Below are positions 27,412 through 37,408 of a stretch of DNA of 64,000 nucleotides, in pieces. The first letter of the stretch is position 1; every line of letters begins with the position of its first letter. The DNA comes from a virus (lineage: Duplodnaviria; Caudoviricetes). Under the pieces are notes generated by a model. It saw only the letters and a program-made list of their open reading frames with translations. It ran no database searches and was not told where the DNA came from. The translations under genes and the position numbers were made by a program. The DNA lies in IMG/VR virus record IMGVR_UViG_3300037067_016777, positions 160,001 to 224,000 of that record. The stretch is one strand, 5' to 3'.

Positions 27412-27813
27412 ATGGCTGAAGACGCTTTACTCGCTCGATCTTTCTCTGCCGTTATTGAAATGATACAGCCGAAGAAAGATAAGTATCAAGTGACTCCGAT
27501 TTTGGTCGGAAACGATTTTGTTGCGATCGCACCAATTACAGTAAAGAAAGAAAGCACCATTTTTGTGCCCGATGAGGAACCGACTATCGGTATCATCGTT
27601 GGCATGGGGCCGCTTGTTCCGGAAGGTATGCGATCGGCTTTTGTTGTTGGCAACGTGGTTAAGTTCAATCCGAAACAGTTTATTTGTAACTTGGATGGAT
27701 TGTACCAAGCGTACGGCAAGGCGCGTGTCGTATTGACTCGTTACATCAATATTTTGGCGGCAGTACCCGGAGAGTCGGTCATGGTGATCGGACTCGACAA
27801 AGCGAAAGAATAA
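27412..27813 (+). CDS. GroES-like co-chaperonin
   Basis: STIFVPD...GIIVGMGP...VGNVVKF...NILA. Confidence 0.65.
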   Translation: MAEDALLARSFSAVIEMIQPKKDKYQVTPILVGNDFVAIAPITVKKESTIFVPDEEPTIGIIVGMGPLVPEGMRSAFVVGNVVKFNPKQFICNLDGLYQAYGKARVVLTRYINILAAVPGESVMVIGLDKAKE

Positions 27814-27823
27814 TGGGATAATA

Positions 27824-28234
27824 ATGCCGCGATATAACTATATCTGTAATGATTGTGTGGCTGCTCGTGAGAAGGAAGTTTGTAGGCCGCTCACTGATGA
27901 CGAGCAATCCGAAATCGTCTTTGAGGTTTCGCATAGTATCGTGTTTCCTCCAAAAAAGGAACTGCGAAAACTGACGAAGTGTCCCTTATGCGATAGCTAT
28001 GACACACACATTACTTTGCTGGGGACAGACCAGAGTATTCGTATTCGCGGCGGCGATTGGCGTGAATTTCGAAAGAAAAACGCCAAGGCTCTGCAACGTG
28101 ATATGGCATTGCACCAGTTGCAGAACGACGACCCATATGGGTACATGAGAACGTCAGATGATAAGGCAGAGCTAGCTGATAAGCTTCGCACAGGTGGTAG
28201 AAGACAGACTGACAAGAAGCATTTTTTAACATAA
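27824..28234 (+). CDS. FmdB-like Zn-ribbon protein
   Basis: MPRYNYICNDC...CPLC. Confidence 0.7.
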   Translation: MPRYNYICNDCVAAREKEVCRPLTDDEQSEIVFEVSHSIVFPPKKELRKLTKCPLCDSYDTHITLLGTDQSIRIRGGDWREFRKKNAKALQRDMALHQLQNDDPYGYMRTSDDKAELADKLRTGGRRQTDKKHFLT

Positions 28235-29425
28235 ATGGCTCGTACTGATAATAACATCAGCTATTTCTGTGCATTATATGACAGAAGGATGCTACCGGTT
28301 GCCGCTGGGGTAAAAACTCCGAATAGTAGTAACATTTTTCCTCTTTACCATTCTGGTGCTGGTAGATCGATATATGACATTGAGCAATCAGTCAAGAAAC
28401 TCAATCGCTGGATGGAGCAATCTTTATTACAAGATAGAGTTCTTGTTGTAAATGACTTCAAGTCAATACTAACTGGTTTTAAATTCGGTTTACCAAGAGA
28501 AGCCTTGAATGTCTACGATGTCTTTACGCCTATACCAAAGGTGCAATTGACATTTGAGGAGACTTCATTTGTAATCAATGATATGCTATCTGATATACAG
28601 AAGCAAAGATTGAGGCTTTGGCAGAAGGTTGCGGCGAATGCTTCTGTCGTCTATGAAAGCCTAGAACGACAAGGAATCTTGGTTGGCGGTTTACACAAGT
28701 TCCCACATTGGACGCATCGTACGGTCAGTGGTCGTAGTAAAAACACAGGTTTCAACCTTCAAGGAACATCTGCAAATGATGATATATCAGACCCATGTGG
28801 TAATAATTTAGATTATTTCATTAATTTCGATTGGAGAGCAGCAGATATACGGATAGCTGCTATACTTAGTAGGGACAAACATTTAAATGAGATGTCGATT
28901 GAGTCAGATCCATATTTGAAATTGTCAGAAATGCTTGATATGCCGCGAAAAGATTGCAAAATAATGTTATTGCGTGCAATTAATTCTATTGATATTGACA
29001 ATCCTATTTTTCAATTATTCCCAGACTTGCGTGAGTGGATGATTGCGCAGAAAGAAAAATTAGATAATAGCCAACCGATCACTAGTATTCTCGGCAGAAC
29101 ATTCTTTAACGCTGAAAAGCCAAGATCTGCTTTCAATTCAACTATGCAAGGGTCAATTGCACAAGCAATGCAATTGACTATAAGGAGAGTGTGGGAACTA
29201 TATTTCAGGCTATTAGCTGAGACTCATGATTCTATAACTATAGCCTGCGCTAGAAACGAGGTAAAAAATACGATGCACACGATAGCTAATATTATGTGCA
29301 GACCGTTTGAGGGAATATTAAATAGCAACCCAGTATTTCCTGTACGAGTCAATATTGGGAAAGAATGGTGCAAATGGAAGCCATGCAGACTATATCTCGA
29401 TGTAGATAAATTTCAACCATGTTGA
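28235..29425 (+). CDS. Short family A DNA polymerase-like protein
   Basis: TVSGRS, NLQG, motif A FDWRAADIRIAAILSRD, AFNSTMQGSIA, motif C THDSI. Confidence 0.8.
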   Translation: MARTDNNISYFCALYDRRMLPVAAGVKTPNSSNIFPLYHSGAGRSIYDIEQSVKKLNRWMEQSLLQDRVLVVNDFKSILTGFKFGLPREALNVYDVFTPIPKVQLTFEETSFVINDMLSDIQKQRLRLWQKVAANASVVYESLERQGILVGGLHKFPHWTHRTVSGRSKNTGFNLQGTSANDDISDPCGNNLDYFINFDWRAADIRIAAILSRDKHLNEMSIESDPYLKLSEMLDMPRKDCKIMLLRAINSIDIDNPIFQLFPDLREWMIAQKEKLDNSQPITSILGRTFFNAEKPRSAFNSTMQGSIAQAMQLTIRRVWELYFRLLAETHDSITIACARNEVKNTMHTIANIMCRPFEGILNSNPVFPVRVNIGKEWCKWKPCRLYLDVDKFQPC

Positions 29426-29457
29426 TGTATTTGATAAGATAATAAAGGCAACTTATT

Positions 29458-29976
29458 ATGGTAAATGAAAAAAACGACGCATTACCACAATGGTTTCAAG
29501 AGCATGTTCCGCTCGATTTAGCCAACAGTCCTTTATTTCAATTCAAAATCAAATTACAAAATGGCAATACCTGTGAAATTAATTTAGTAGCAGATATCGA
29601 CATAAATTTCGAGATATTAGAAGAACAACACGAGCGGATTCCAGCACAATATATTTATTGGGCAGCAATTTATAGCGAATTAAGATGTGCCGTTGCTATA
29701 TTAGAATTGAAAATGCGGTCGAAAAAGAATGTAGTGCTGCGTAAAACACTCGAAGAATTCAGAGCGCGTAACGCGAAAACTACAGATAAGCAGATAAATG
29801 CGATTGTTGACGGCGATCAGGATTTAGTTAAGTCTGAGGCTGAACTTGCTATATTACAGAGAAATTGTGGAAAAGTATATCATATGGTTGAAGCAATCAA
29901 GCTAAGATCGGAGCATTGCCGATCGTTGGCTGGCTTTAAGCGTCAAGAAAAAGAACAATCTGGTAGACAAACCTAA
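29458..29976 (+). CDS. UvsY-like recombination mediator
   Basis: Coiled-coil with KTTDKQINAIVDGD; lies next to the SSB gene. Confidence 0.55.
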   Translation: MVNEKNDALPQWFQEHVPLDLANSPLFQFKIKLQNGNTCEINLVADIDINFEILEEQHERIPAQYIYWAAIYSELRCAVAILELKMRSKKNVVLRKTLEEFRARNAKTTDKQINAIVDGDQDLVKSEAELAILQRNCGKVYHMVEAIKLRSEHCRSLAGFKRQEKEQSGRQT

Positions 29977-30019
29977 TCCTTGTCAGGCGACTACAAGGAC
30001 AAACTCAAGGAGATTTAAG

Positions 30020-31204
30020 ATGGCATATGACATTGAAGCTATCAGGCAACAAGTCAGAAGCAAGATGAAGAAGGGGAAAGATCCGACTGAATTTCGTGCA
30101 CCGAAAGCCGAAGGCGATAAAACGCTGAAGTTCAGGTTTTACATTCTGCCACCACTACAGATTGGTGATATTTGTAATGATGGCAAATCAACGTGTGAAC
30201 GCGAAATGGAATTGTTTGCGATTGCAAATGGCAGCCATTATATCGATAACAAGCGAATTGGCTGCCCTCGCGCCATAAATGAAGAAGAATGTGCAATTTG
30301 CAATTATGGTTTTGATCTTCTGAATGAGGTCGATGGCTCTAGCGAAGAGGGTAAGAAGAGACGCTCAGAAATCAGCAGAGCACTCCTACCAGCTCAATAC
30401 AATTTGGTCAATATTTATTTCCCGGCTATCGACGCCAATCCGGAAGAAGTTCGCGGCAGAGTTTTTTGGTACAACGCTCCAAAGACTCTTGTTGATATGT
30501 GGCTTGAATGTCTCTATCGTGATGATGATGGTGGCGACCCAGATGAACCGTTGCCGTTTGGTGTGTTCTACGATGAATGCAATGCGTATCTTTTCCAGCT
30601 TGAGGTGTTCAAAGATGGTCAAATGAACAGCTACAAGCGATCGAAGTTCATGGTTTCGACAGCGCTCAAATCGCGTCCAATCGCTGTCGACAAGGCTACC
30701 AAGAAAATAGATATGAAGCGGATCAAGGAAATTCTTGCTAAGCGACATAACTTATGGGAGAAAATGCCAGCAGTTGATCTTGAAGAGGTGGCTAAGGTCG
30801 CTGCGGCTCTTAGTGGTCGTGCAGTAGCAAAAGCCGCAGCGACTGGCGGATTTGATCATGACGAAGATGCATTTTCTGAAGGCGAAGAGCCAGTACAAGA
30901 GGCTCCAAAGCCAGTATCTAAGCCGGTTGCTACGAAAGCTGTAGCGAAACCAGTGGCGAAACCAGTGGCTACGAAAGCTGTTGCAAAGCCTACCGCTAAA
31001 GTTGTTGCAAAACCTGCTGCAACAAAGCAGAAAGAATCGCCTGTAGAAGAACCAGTTGCACAGGAGTTAGAAGACGAAGAGTTGTCCGGTGAGACTCCTG
31101 TTGACGAAACCGAAGAGATTGAAGCTGAGGCTGAGGAAGCTTCTGAAGAATTAGACGAAGTTGATGGTGAGGTCGACCGTCTACTAGACGAACTTAACGG
31201 TTAG
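30020..31204 (+). CDS. gp32-like ssDNA-binding protein
   Basis: FYILPP, H...CP...CAIC Zn site, YKRSKF, acidic tail ending DRLLDELNG. Confidence 0.75.
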   Translation: MAYDIEAIRQQVRSKMKKGKDPTEFRAPKAEGDKTLKFRFYILPPLQIGDICNDGKSTCEREMELFAIANGSHYIDNKRIGCPRAINEEECAICNYGFDLLNEVDGSSEEGKKRRSEISRALLPAQYNLVNIYFPAIDANPEEVRGRVFWYNAPKTLVDMWLECLYRDDDGGDPDEPLPFGVFYDECNAYLFQLEVFKDGQMNSYKRSKFMVSTALKSRPIAVDKATKKIDMKRIKEILAKRHNLWEKMPAVDLEEVAKVAAALSGRAVAKAAATGGFDHDEDAFSEGEEPVQEAPKPVSKPVATKAVAKPVAKPVATKAVAKPTAKVVAKPAATKQKESPVEEPVAQELEDEELSGETPVDETEEIEAEAEEASEELDEVDGEVDRLLDELNG

Positions 31205-31224
31205 TCAAAAAGTTACGAGATTAC

Positions 31225-31262
31225 ACAGGACGTAAGAGAGGGATCCCTCTCTTACGTCCTGT
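31225..31262 (+). terminator. Perfect 38-bp palindrome, probable terminator
   Basis: ACAGGACGTAAGAGAGGGA-TCCCTCTCTTACGTCCTGT followed by TCTTTATT. Confidence 0.8.
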
Positions 31263-31285
31263 TCTTTATTATAAGGTTTAATAGT

Positions 31286-32197
31286 ATGGGCGATCAGAAA
31301 TGCACACTACTTGTAGATGCTAGAAATTTGATGTATCGCGCGATCTGGGCTGGTAGGAAGCCTTCGGCCAAGTATCAGCATCAACATTCATTCACCATTA
31401 TGCTTAGGTTTATGGTTGGTTGGATTGATCGTTTTAAGCCTGAGAGTGTGAGCATATTTTGGGATGCTAAACGAGCAACCCTGTGGCGGATGAAAATTTT
31501 TGCTGGATATAAAGATAAATCAGCAGATAAACATGCGATAGATATTAAAGATGAATTAATTAGTACACAGCTTGCTGCGAAAGCTATGTTCGCTAAAATG
31601 GGTTGTAGACAATTTAGTAAGGAGCATATGGAAGCAGATGATTTAATTTATGCTGCTTGCAAAATTTTAGCGCCATCTCCGGTCATAATATGTTCTTCTG
31701 ACAGCGACTATAATCAAATAGTATTCCGAATGCCTCATGTTCGATGTTTTGACCCAATGAAAGAGCATTTTGTACAGCAAATTAATTACGACCCAGTAGT
31801 TCAAAAAGCTTTATGTGGTGATACATCTGACCGTGTAAATGGTTATGAAGGAATAGGCCCTGTGAAAAGTACGGCGATGGCAAAATCCAGCAAAGATCGA
31901 GCGGAGTTCTTATCTAAAAGAGGGATTGCACTATTTATTAGGAATATGTTGTTAATAGATTTGTCACTATGTCCTGAACTTCTAAAAAACCAACTATATG
32001 TCCAGAAGATATTAGATACACAGCCGACCTTTGATAAGAATGAACTATTCAATTTGGCTCGTAAATATAAAATAAATGGGTTTGTTACTGAATATAACAG
32101 ACTAGCATCCAGATTCAAGCAGTTTGTAGAGGTTGGCGATGATAAGGACAGCGAGCCAAGTGGGCAGGTCGAATGTGTCGACAGCGAAGAGCCATGA
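31286..32197 (+). CDS. 5'-3' exonuclease (T4 RNase H/FEN family)
   Basis: LLVDARN, WDA, EADDLI, SSDSD, GDTSD, GIGPVK. Confidence 0.92.
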   Translation: MGDQKCTLLVDARNLMYRAIWAGRKPSAKYQHQHSFTIMLRFMVGWIDRFKPESVSIFWDAKRATLWRMKIFAGYKDKSADKHAIDIKDELISTQLAAKAMFAKMGCRQFSKEHMEADDLIYAACKILAPSPVIICSSDSDYNQIVFRMPHVRCFDPMKEHFVQQINYDPVVQKALCGDTSDRVNGYEGIGPVKSTAMAKSSKDRAEFLSKRGIALFIRNMLLIDLSLCPELLKNQLYVQKILDTQPTFDKNELFNLARKYKINGFVTEYNRLASRFKQFVEVGDDKDSEPSGQVECVDSEEP

Positions 32198-32855
32198 ACG
32201 TAGAGTAGCCAAGCTATTGACTGAATGGTCTGGAAGGGAATTTCGGAGGCGGAGAGTTGAAGGTAGAGAGTCAGATACGGTCTTACGAGATTTAACTGGC
32301 GATGTAGTACCTGCTGATGCTAAAAATCGGTGTCATTTCAATCTAGAAGCTAAAAAAGGTAAGGGCTTTAGTCTGACATCCCTTCTCGGCGGTTGTAAGA
32401 CGTGTACTATGAGCGGGTGGTACCACCAGTCGACCTATGACGCCATTTTAGTATCCAAAGCTCTTGATCTTGATATTAAGCCGATGGTGTTTTTTAAGCC
32501 CAACCCCAATCTTGATTGGATTGTATTTGATGCATCTGCTTTAGAGTTTTTGCGGCCAAAGCATATTCCGACAACAGATTTAACATGGCCTGCTTCGAAG
32601 CGACTATGGTTTCCACATTTACTGTTCGACCATTATGCATATTGCGGAAGTATATCATTCAATATAAGCCACACCAAAAATAGGAAGAATAGGGTGATTG
32701 TTCCATTACAGCTGGCACCATGCTTTATCTGCTCTTGGAATGATTTCGCCGCTAACATCAATCCAGACTCTTTCTTTTTTGGTGAATTATGGCATGCGGT
32801 GGATGTGGAAACAGAAAACCAGTCAGAGTCGCAAGGTCGAATAAGCCTACTATAA
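32133..32855 (+). CDS. PD-(D/E)XK nuclease, Holliday junction resolvase-like
   Basis: KSHERRVAKLL, GDVV, LEAKK, PMVFFK. Confidence 0.7.
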   Translation: MAMIRTASQVGRSNVSTAKSHERRVAKLLTEWSGREFRRRRVEGRESDTVLRDLTGDVVPADAKNRCHFNLEAKKGKGFSLTSLLGGCKTCTMSGWYHQSTYDAILVSKALDLDIKPMVFFKPNPNLDWIVFDASALEFLRPKHIPTTDLTWPASKRLWFPHLLFDHYAYCGSISFNISHTKNRKNRVIVPLQLAPCFICSWNDFAANINPDSFFFGELWHAVDVETENQSESQGRISLL

Positions 32856-32946
32856 TTAAACAAATGCCTATAAGAAATCCAACTTTGCAAACAGCATCTC
32901 AACAGATACGCACCCAACGCATAGGAGTAAGAAAGGCAAGAGTATA

Positions 32947-33237
32947 ATGGCGTGTGGTTCGTGTGGTGGTGCTGCAGCAAGAGCAATACAAAAGAGAGCC
33001 ATCGGAGAGCAGGCCAAGGCTAAACCCGTCTCGAAACCAACTCAAATTCCGAAAATACGCCCGACGTCAACAACGAGAATTGTTATCGCTGCACCTAATA
33101 CTGCAATAAAAATCAAGCAGCAATTAAAAGATTTGAAGAAATGCCCATTATGTGGATCGGCGTTATCTCCAATTATATCAGGCAGTGGTGCTAGAAATCG
33201 CAAAAAATGTACTCGTTGTAATCGGACATTTACATGA
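32947..33237 (+). CDS. Small basic Zn-finger protein
   Basis: MACGSCGG; CPLC...CTRC. Confidence 0.65.
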   Translation: MACGSCGGAAARAIQKRAIGEQAKAKPVSKPTQIPKIRPTSTTRIVIAAPNTAIKIKQQLKDLKKCPLCGSALSPIISGSGARNRKKCTRCNRTFT

Positions 33238-33770
33238 TAGAAATTATATCGATAATTGGTGCATGGCTGATTTGTGCTATAGCGGCTGAACGTGCTGCGG
33301 AAGCCATTACTACGTCAGTATTTTTCTCGCCATTAAGGCAGTTTTTAGCAAGAATTTCATTACTAGAAACTTATAGGCAAGTTGATGGGACTTGGCCATC
33401 GGTTAAGTATAGAGGTTGGATGTTTAGTCTAACTAAGACGATAGGAAGATGGCTCTCTGATTTAGTATCTTGCGGGTGGTGTACTAGTCTTTGGACGTCG
33501 TTGTTTTTCTCTTGCTTTCTTCCTGGGAAATGCCTATCGTACGAGGCTGGAGATAATCTGATAGTTAAAACGATAGCTCTTTGGGGACTCGCGAATTTCT
33601 ACCACGCTGTATTTAGACTTTTACACAATGGGCGTGTGGCAGCAGTCGACATAAATCTTCGGATAATCGATTCCGAATCTACAGAACATAACTACGGAGG
33701 CACTGATGGAGAGTTTGGAGAGAGAATTAGCCAGGAGAACACAATCGGAATTGAACCGCCAGAGGTTTGA
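33234..33770 (+). CDS. DUF1360-like membrane protein
   Basis: Hydrophobic segments; LVSCGWCTSLW. Confidence 0.6.
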   Translation: MIEIISIIGAWLICAIAAERAAEAITTSVFFSPLRQFLARISLLETYRQVDGTWPSVKYRGWMFSLTKTIGRWLSDLVSCGWCTSLWTSLFFSCFLPGKCLSYEAGDNLIVKTIALWGLANFYHAVFRLLHNGRVAAVDINLRIIDSESTEHNYGGTDGEFGERISQENTIGIEPPEV

Positions 33771-34227
33771 GACTCCGACAATCAGGACCGCTTCCGATAT
33801 CAAGCGTGCACTGGCTCAATTAGAGCCAAATACTCGTCTTAATACTGATGATGTTGTATTAGCTGTAAATATGACGGGCACAGATACTGATAATCATAGC
33901 AAAAAATTTCATGTATCTGCCAAGACTAAGACCAACTCTGCTCGCGATATTTTGATTGAAGGTCTAAATGTAGTCAAGCGGCGTGAAGAAGAAATTGCTA
34001 AAATTTCTAACCAGCAATCAATAGTTGTCGTTAACGGTAAAGAAATGAAGTCTCCACCGGTAATATCTGAAGATACTTTTTTAGCTATTGATCCTATCAT
34101 TAGTAGGACGCTTGGTGGTTATCGCAGTGGTCATTTTATCCAGTGGGATCTAGTTGACGGTTTTACTTATAGATATGATATATACATCCATCGCTTGACT
34201 CGATTTAAAACAGAAGAGAAATCATGA
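33706..34227 (+). CDS. Hypothetical protein
   Basis: GGAGG RBS; 173 aa. Confidence 0.65.
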   Translation: MESLERELARRTQSELNRQRFETPTIRTASDIKRALAQLEPNTRLNTDDVVLAVNMTGTDTDNHSKKFHVSAKTKTNSARDILIEGLNVVKRREEEIAKISNQQSIVVVNGKEMKSPPVISEDTFLAIDPIISRTLGGYRSGHFIQWDLVDGFTYRYDIYIHRLTRFKTEEKS

Positions 34228-34532
34228 GAGAAATAGAACTGCCCCCATTGGCGACTTATAGAGCATTGGCGACTTGGACACCACGCTATGCTGATTTTGT
34301 CGTTTGGGCTGGTTGGTTTCGTGTTTGGTTTGGTTTAGTAAATGACTTTGATATCAAACACAACAAAGTGTCGATGATTTTTGATGGGACGCCGCGATTA
34401 TTGTTTACGATGACAGATGCTGAGATGAAGAAAAATGCGTATGTTTTTGATGTTGATTATGTACGTAATAATCAACGAGGTCGCTGGTATGTTGAGCAGA
34501 GTATAGATGGCAACACAATCTGGTATATCTAA
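34224..34532 (+). CDS. Hypothetical protein
   Basis: Translationally coupled ORF. Confidence 0.65.
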   Translation: MREIELPPLATYRALATWTPRYADFVVWAGWFRVWFGLVNDFDIKHNKVSMIFDGTPRLLFTMTDAEMKKNAYVFDVDYVRNNQRGRWYVEQSIDGNTIWYI

Positions 34533-35091
34533 AATTGTCCCGGCTATGCTGCCACACCCTGAGCCGTTATCCAACACGGCTTTGGTTTCTAATATGTTGT
34601 GTTATATTGTTAAATATTACCAGAATATTGGTATTAGTTGCTTAATATCGCACAATAAAGATGATGTAGTTGTATTAATGGGCGATTGGAACGGAAATGT
34701 CATTGACCTAGGTGGTAAAGATCCTCTAGTCTTAATAGTGATTGATTTCTTGCAAAACCAAGCCAAGCGATTATTGGCTATTTCGAATGCAGCTGGCGTT
34801 AAGCAGGCCATTTATTATTTTGCTCTTGATACTGGGATACCGGTATTAGTTGATATTAGGCTAAGTTTGAATAAATTCCTTGGGCCTGGTATGATTAGAG
34901 ACGTGTTTGGTAAAACTTTTGATACGCAACAAATATTAAAAATAGATGTAATGTCTGAACAGCTTTTAGAGCAGATAAAGAATAGAGCTGGAAATTACAG
35001 CGGTGGAGTAATAATTAAACCGAGTAGATCTAGATTTATGGAAGTTAATGATAAACCAGTGCCACTTTATGTAGGAGTTTCATCATTCTGA
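34507..35091 (+). CDS. Hypothetical protein
   Basis: Coupled ORF; faint ligase-like GGVIIKP. Confidence 0.6.
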   Translation: MATQSGISKIVPAMLPHPEPLSNTALVSNMLCYIVKYYQNIGISCLISHNKDDVVVLMGDWNGNVIDLGGKDPLVLIVIDFLQNQAKRLLAISNAAGVKQAIYYFALDTGIPVLVDIRLSLNKFLGPGMIRDVFGKTFDTQQILKIDVMSEQLLEQIKNRAGNYSGGVIIKPSRSRFMEVNDKPVPLYVGVSSF

Positions 35092-35609
35092 TTTTAACAG
35101 CGGGGCTTCCTAAATCAGGTAAGAGTGAAGTTATAGATAGGCTTCCCAGAGGTGATCGTCAATGGCATATAATTAGACCGTCCGACTGGATACCGGAGAA
35201 TTTAGCAACGCTAGACAAAGAAACTCAACAATCGTACAATATTGGCTGTTGGTCTGTTGCATTAGATAAATGTAAAGAAGCTATTGCTGACATTAACCCA
35301 CGAGATATTATAGTATTAGATGCATGTAACTCGAAAAGCAATACGTTGGTGACTTTGATTGCCGACGCAAAGGCAGCATTGCATAATGTTGTTTTACTAT
35401 TTGTGCAATCTAATATGAATTTATGCTTGGCTAGAGATGCAAAACTAACTGATTCATTGCTTCGTTATTATACAGAAAGATTTAAAGTGTCATTGCCAAA
35501 ATATAAGAAACTATGCAATGCATTTTTAGTTGTGCGGAACAATGGAACATTTGAACAACTTGAAACTGAACTACATGACACTTGGAAGCAGCTGTGCCAG
35601 AGTATCTAA
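35085..35609 (+). CDS. P-loop kinase (AAA_33/PNK-like), ATT start
   Basis: Frame open from ATT 35085: (M)LILTAGLPKSGKS...IIVLDACN. AGGAG lies 7 nt upstream; in-frame TAA at 35052. Confidence 0.75.
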   Translation: MLILTAGLPKSGKSEVIDRLPRGDRQWHIIRPSDWIPENLATLDKETQQSYNIGCWSVALDKCKEAIADINPRDIIVLDACNSKSNTLVTLIADAKAALHNVVLLFVQSNMNLCLARDAKLTDSLLRYYTERFKVSLPKYKKLCNAFLVVRNNGTFEQLETELHDTWKQLCQSI

Positions 35610-37408
35610 ATCCGCACCCACACGATTTATATTTAGTTGGGCCTAATGGCGATACAATACATATACGCAAGGGGCGTCGTGTAAGATTGCCAGATTTTTT
35701 TGATCGCTACGCTAATAAAGACGGAAAAGGATATTTAGTTAATGTGGATCAAATACCATCAGTACCACAGAAACGAGAAATCAAAACATCTCGACAAGCA
35801 GTTAGACCGGTTCAATTAAACAAACGCATAACAAAAGAAGTAAAACGGCAAATAGTAGGCCGTGTGAGAAGAAACGTTGATCTTGTTAGTTCTAAATCAT
35901 TCTCAAAGAGCGAGTTTGCAATTAGCGATGGTATTGGTATTGGGATTTTGACATATAATAGGTCAGAATCGTTGCATCGGTTAATAAGCTCTATTGTTAA
36001 GTACACAGATACATGCCGCACCACTATCTTTATTAGCGATGATGGTAGTACAGATCCAAACCAATTATCATACTTATCTGAGCTTGAATTACGTGGTGAT
36101 ATTGTAGTGCTTAGAAACAATCAGCAATTGGGAGTCGCTGGCAATAGCAATCGTTTGATGCGATGTTTGTCGAGATTCCCTAAGAAGATCTTACTAAACG
36201 ACGATGTTGAGATATTGAATAGTGGGTGGGAGCATTTTTATTTTCTTGCGATGCAGAGGACTGGTTTTCATCATTTTTGTTATCGACAACCTGGTGTGTA
36301 TGGCGCTGCTAAGGGTGTTAGTACTAATATCAATAATATAACCCTAAATGTCGTAGATAGCAAACCACACGGTGCTGTTATGGCATTCGATCATATTGCT
36401 TTTTCAAAAGTTGGTTATTTTGATGAACAATTTGGTCAATATGGCGTAGAGCATGTCGATTGGTCTGCTAGATTATCAGATAGTAGACTGCAACAACCAG
36501 GATTTTTTGATGTTGACGGATCTAGCTCTTACTTTTTAGTACATCCAGAACATTCATCTGTTGAAAATAGAGTTGAAAAATTTAAACATGCTAAATCAGT
36601 TTTGAGTGCTATTGGTGTTAGGCCGTCTTATGTGAGTGCTAGCGATGCAACTGTTGTTCCGCGTATTTCTTGCGTCATACCTTTCAGGGAAATCGATAGA
36701 AAAGGTTCGATAATTACCGTACTTAATAGTATTAGAGCACAACGATTTCCAGATATTGAAATCGTAATGGTTGAGGAAGATACTGTTTCTAAAATAGCTG
36801 ATGCAGAATGCGATCCTGCAAGGCATATTTTTATTGCTGGTCTTCCAGGTGCTGCATTTAATAAGAGCAAGGCTTGGAATGCTGGGGTTGCAGCTTGTAG
36901 CTGCGATATGCTTGTATTACACGATGCTGATACGTTGGCACCAAGTTGTTATTTTAAATCAGTGGCAAATGAATTGAGCGAGGTTGAATCTTGTCATCTT
37001 TGTAAGCAGATTTTTTATATTGGCTCGACAGAAACGCATAATATCAACGCTACTGGAACTATCGATCGCCCTAGATATGAGCATATGGTCGATTATTTTG
37101 AGGGTGGATCTATCGCATGTCGTAAAAAGGCTTATTGGAAAGTAGGTGGTTTTGTTGAAGAATTTGTTGGCTATGGTGTTGAAGATTGCGACTTTTATTT
37201 TAGGATATCTAAGGGAACTACTTGGAGAGAAAATCGCCATTTCGATTTATTGCATCTGCACCATGGCAGGGTTGAGAATTGGACGATGTATCACCAAAAA
37301 AACAAAGAGATAGGCGCTAAATTATCAGCACTATCCCTTGGTGATAGAATAGGAAGGCAGCGGCTGTTATTGACACAAAGTGGTAGAGGCCATTGTTTAG
37401 GTGAATAA
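35594..37408 (+). CDS. Double-domain GT2-family glycosyltransferase
   Basis: ILTYNR, SDDGS, LLNDD, YGVEHVD; second domain VIPFR, FNKSKAWN, LHDAD, GYGVEDCDF. Confidence 0.88.
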   Translation: MPEYLNPHPHDLYLVGPNGDTIHIRKGRRVRLPDFFDRYANKDGKGYLVNVDQIPSVPQKREIKTSRQAVRPVQLNKRITKEVKRQIVGRVRRNVDLVSSKSFSKSEFAISDGIGIGILTYNRSESLHRLISSIVKYTDTCRTTIFISDDGSTDPNQLSYLSELELRGDIVVLRNNQQLGVAGNSNRLMRCLSRFPKKILLNDDVEILNSGWEHFYFLAMQRTGFHHFCYRQPGVYGAAKGVSTNINNITLNVVDSKPHGAVMAFDHIAFSKVGYFDEQFGQYGVEHVDWSARLSDSRLQQPGFFDVDGSSSYFLVHPEHSSVENRVEKFKHAKSVLSAIGVRPSYVSASDATVVPRISCVIPFREIDRKGSIITVLNSIRAQRFPDIEIVMVEEDTVSKIADAECDPARHIFIAGLPGAAFNKSKAWNAGVAACSCDMLVLHDADTLAPSCYFKSVANELSEVESCHLCKQIFYIGSTETHNINATGTIDRPRYEHMVDYFEGGSIACRKKAYWKVGGFVEEFVGYGVEDCDFYFRISKGTTWRENRHFDLLHLHHGRVENWTMYHQKNKEIGAKLSALSLGDRIGRQRLLLTQSGRGHCLGE

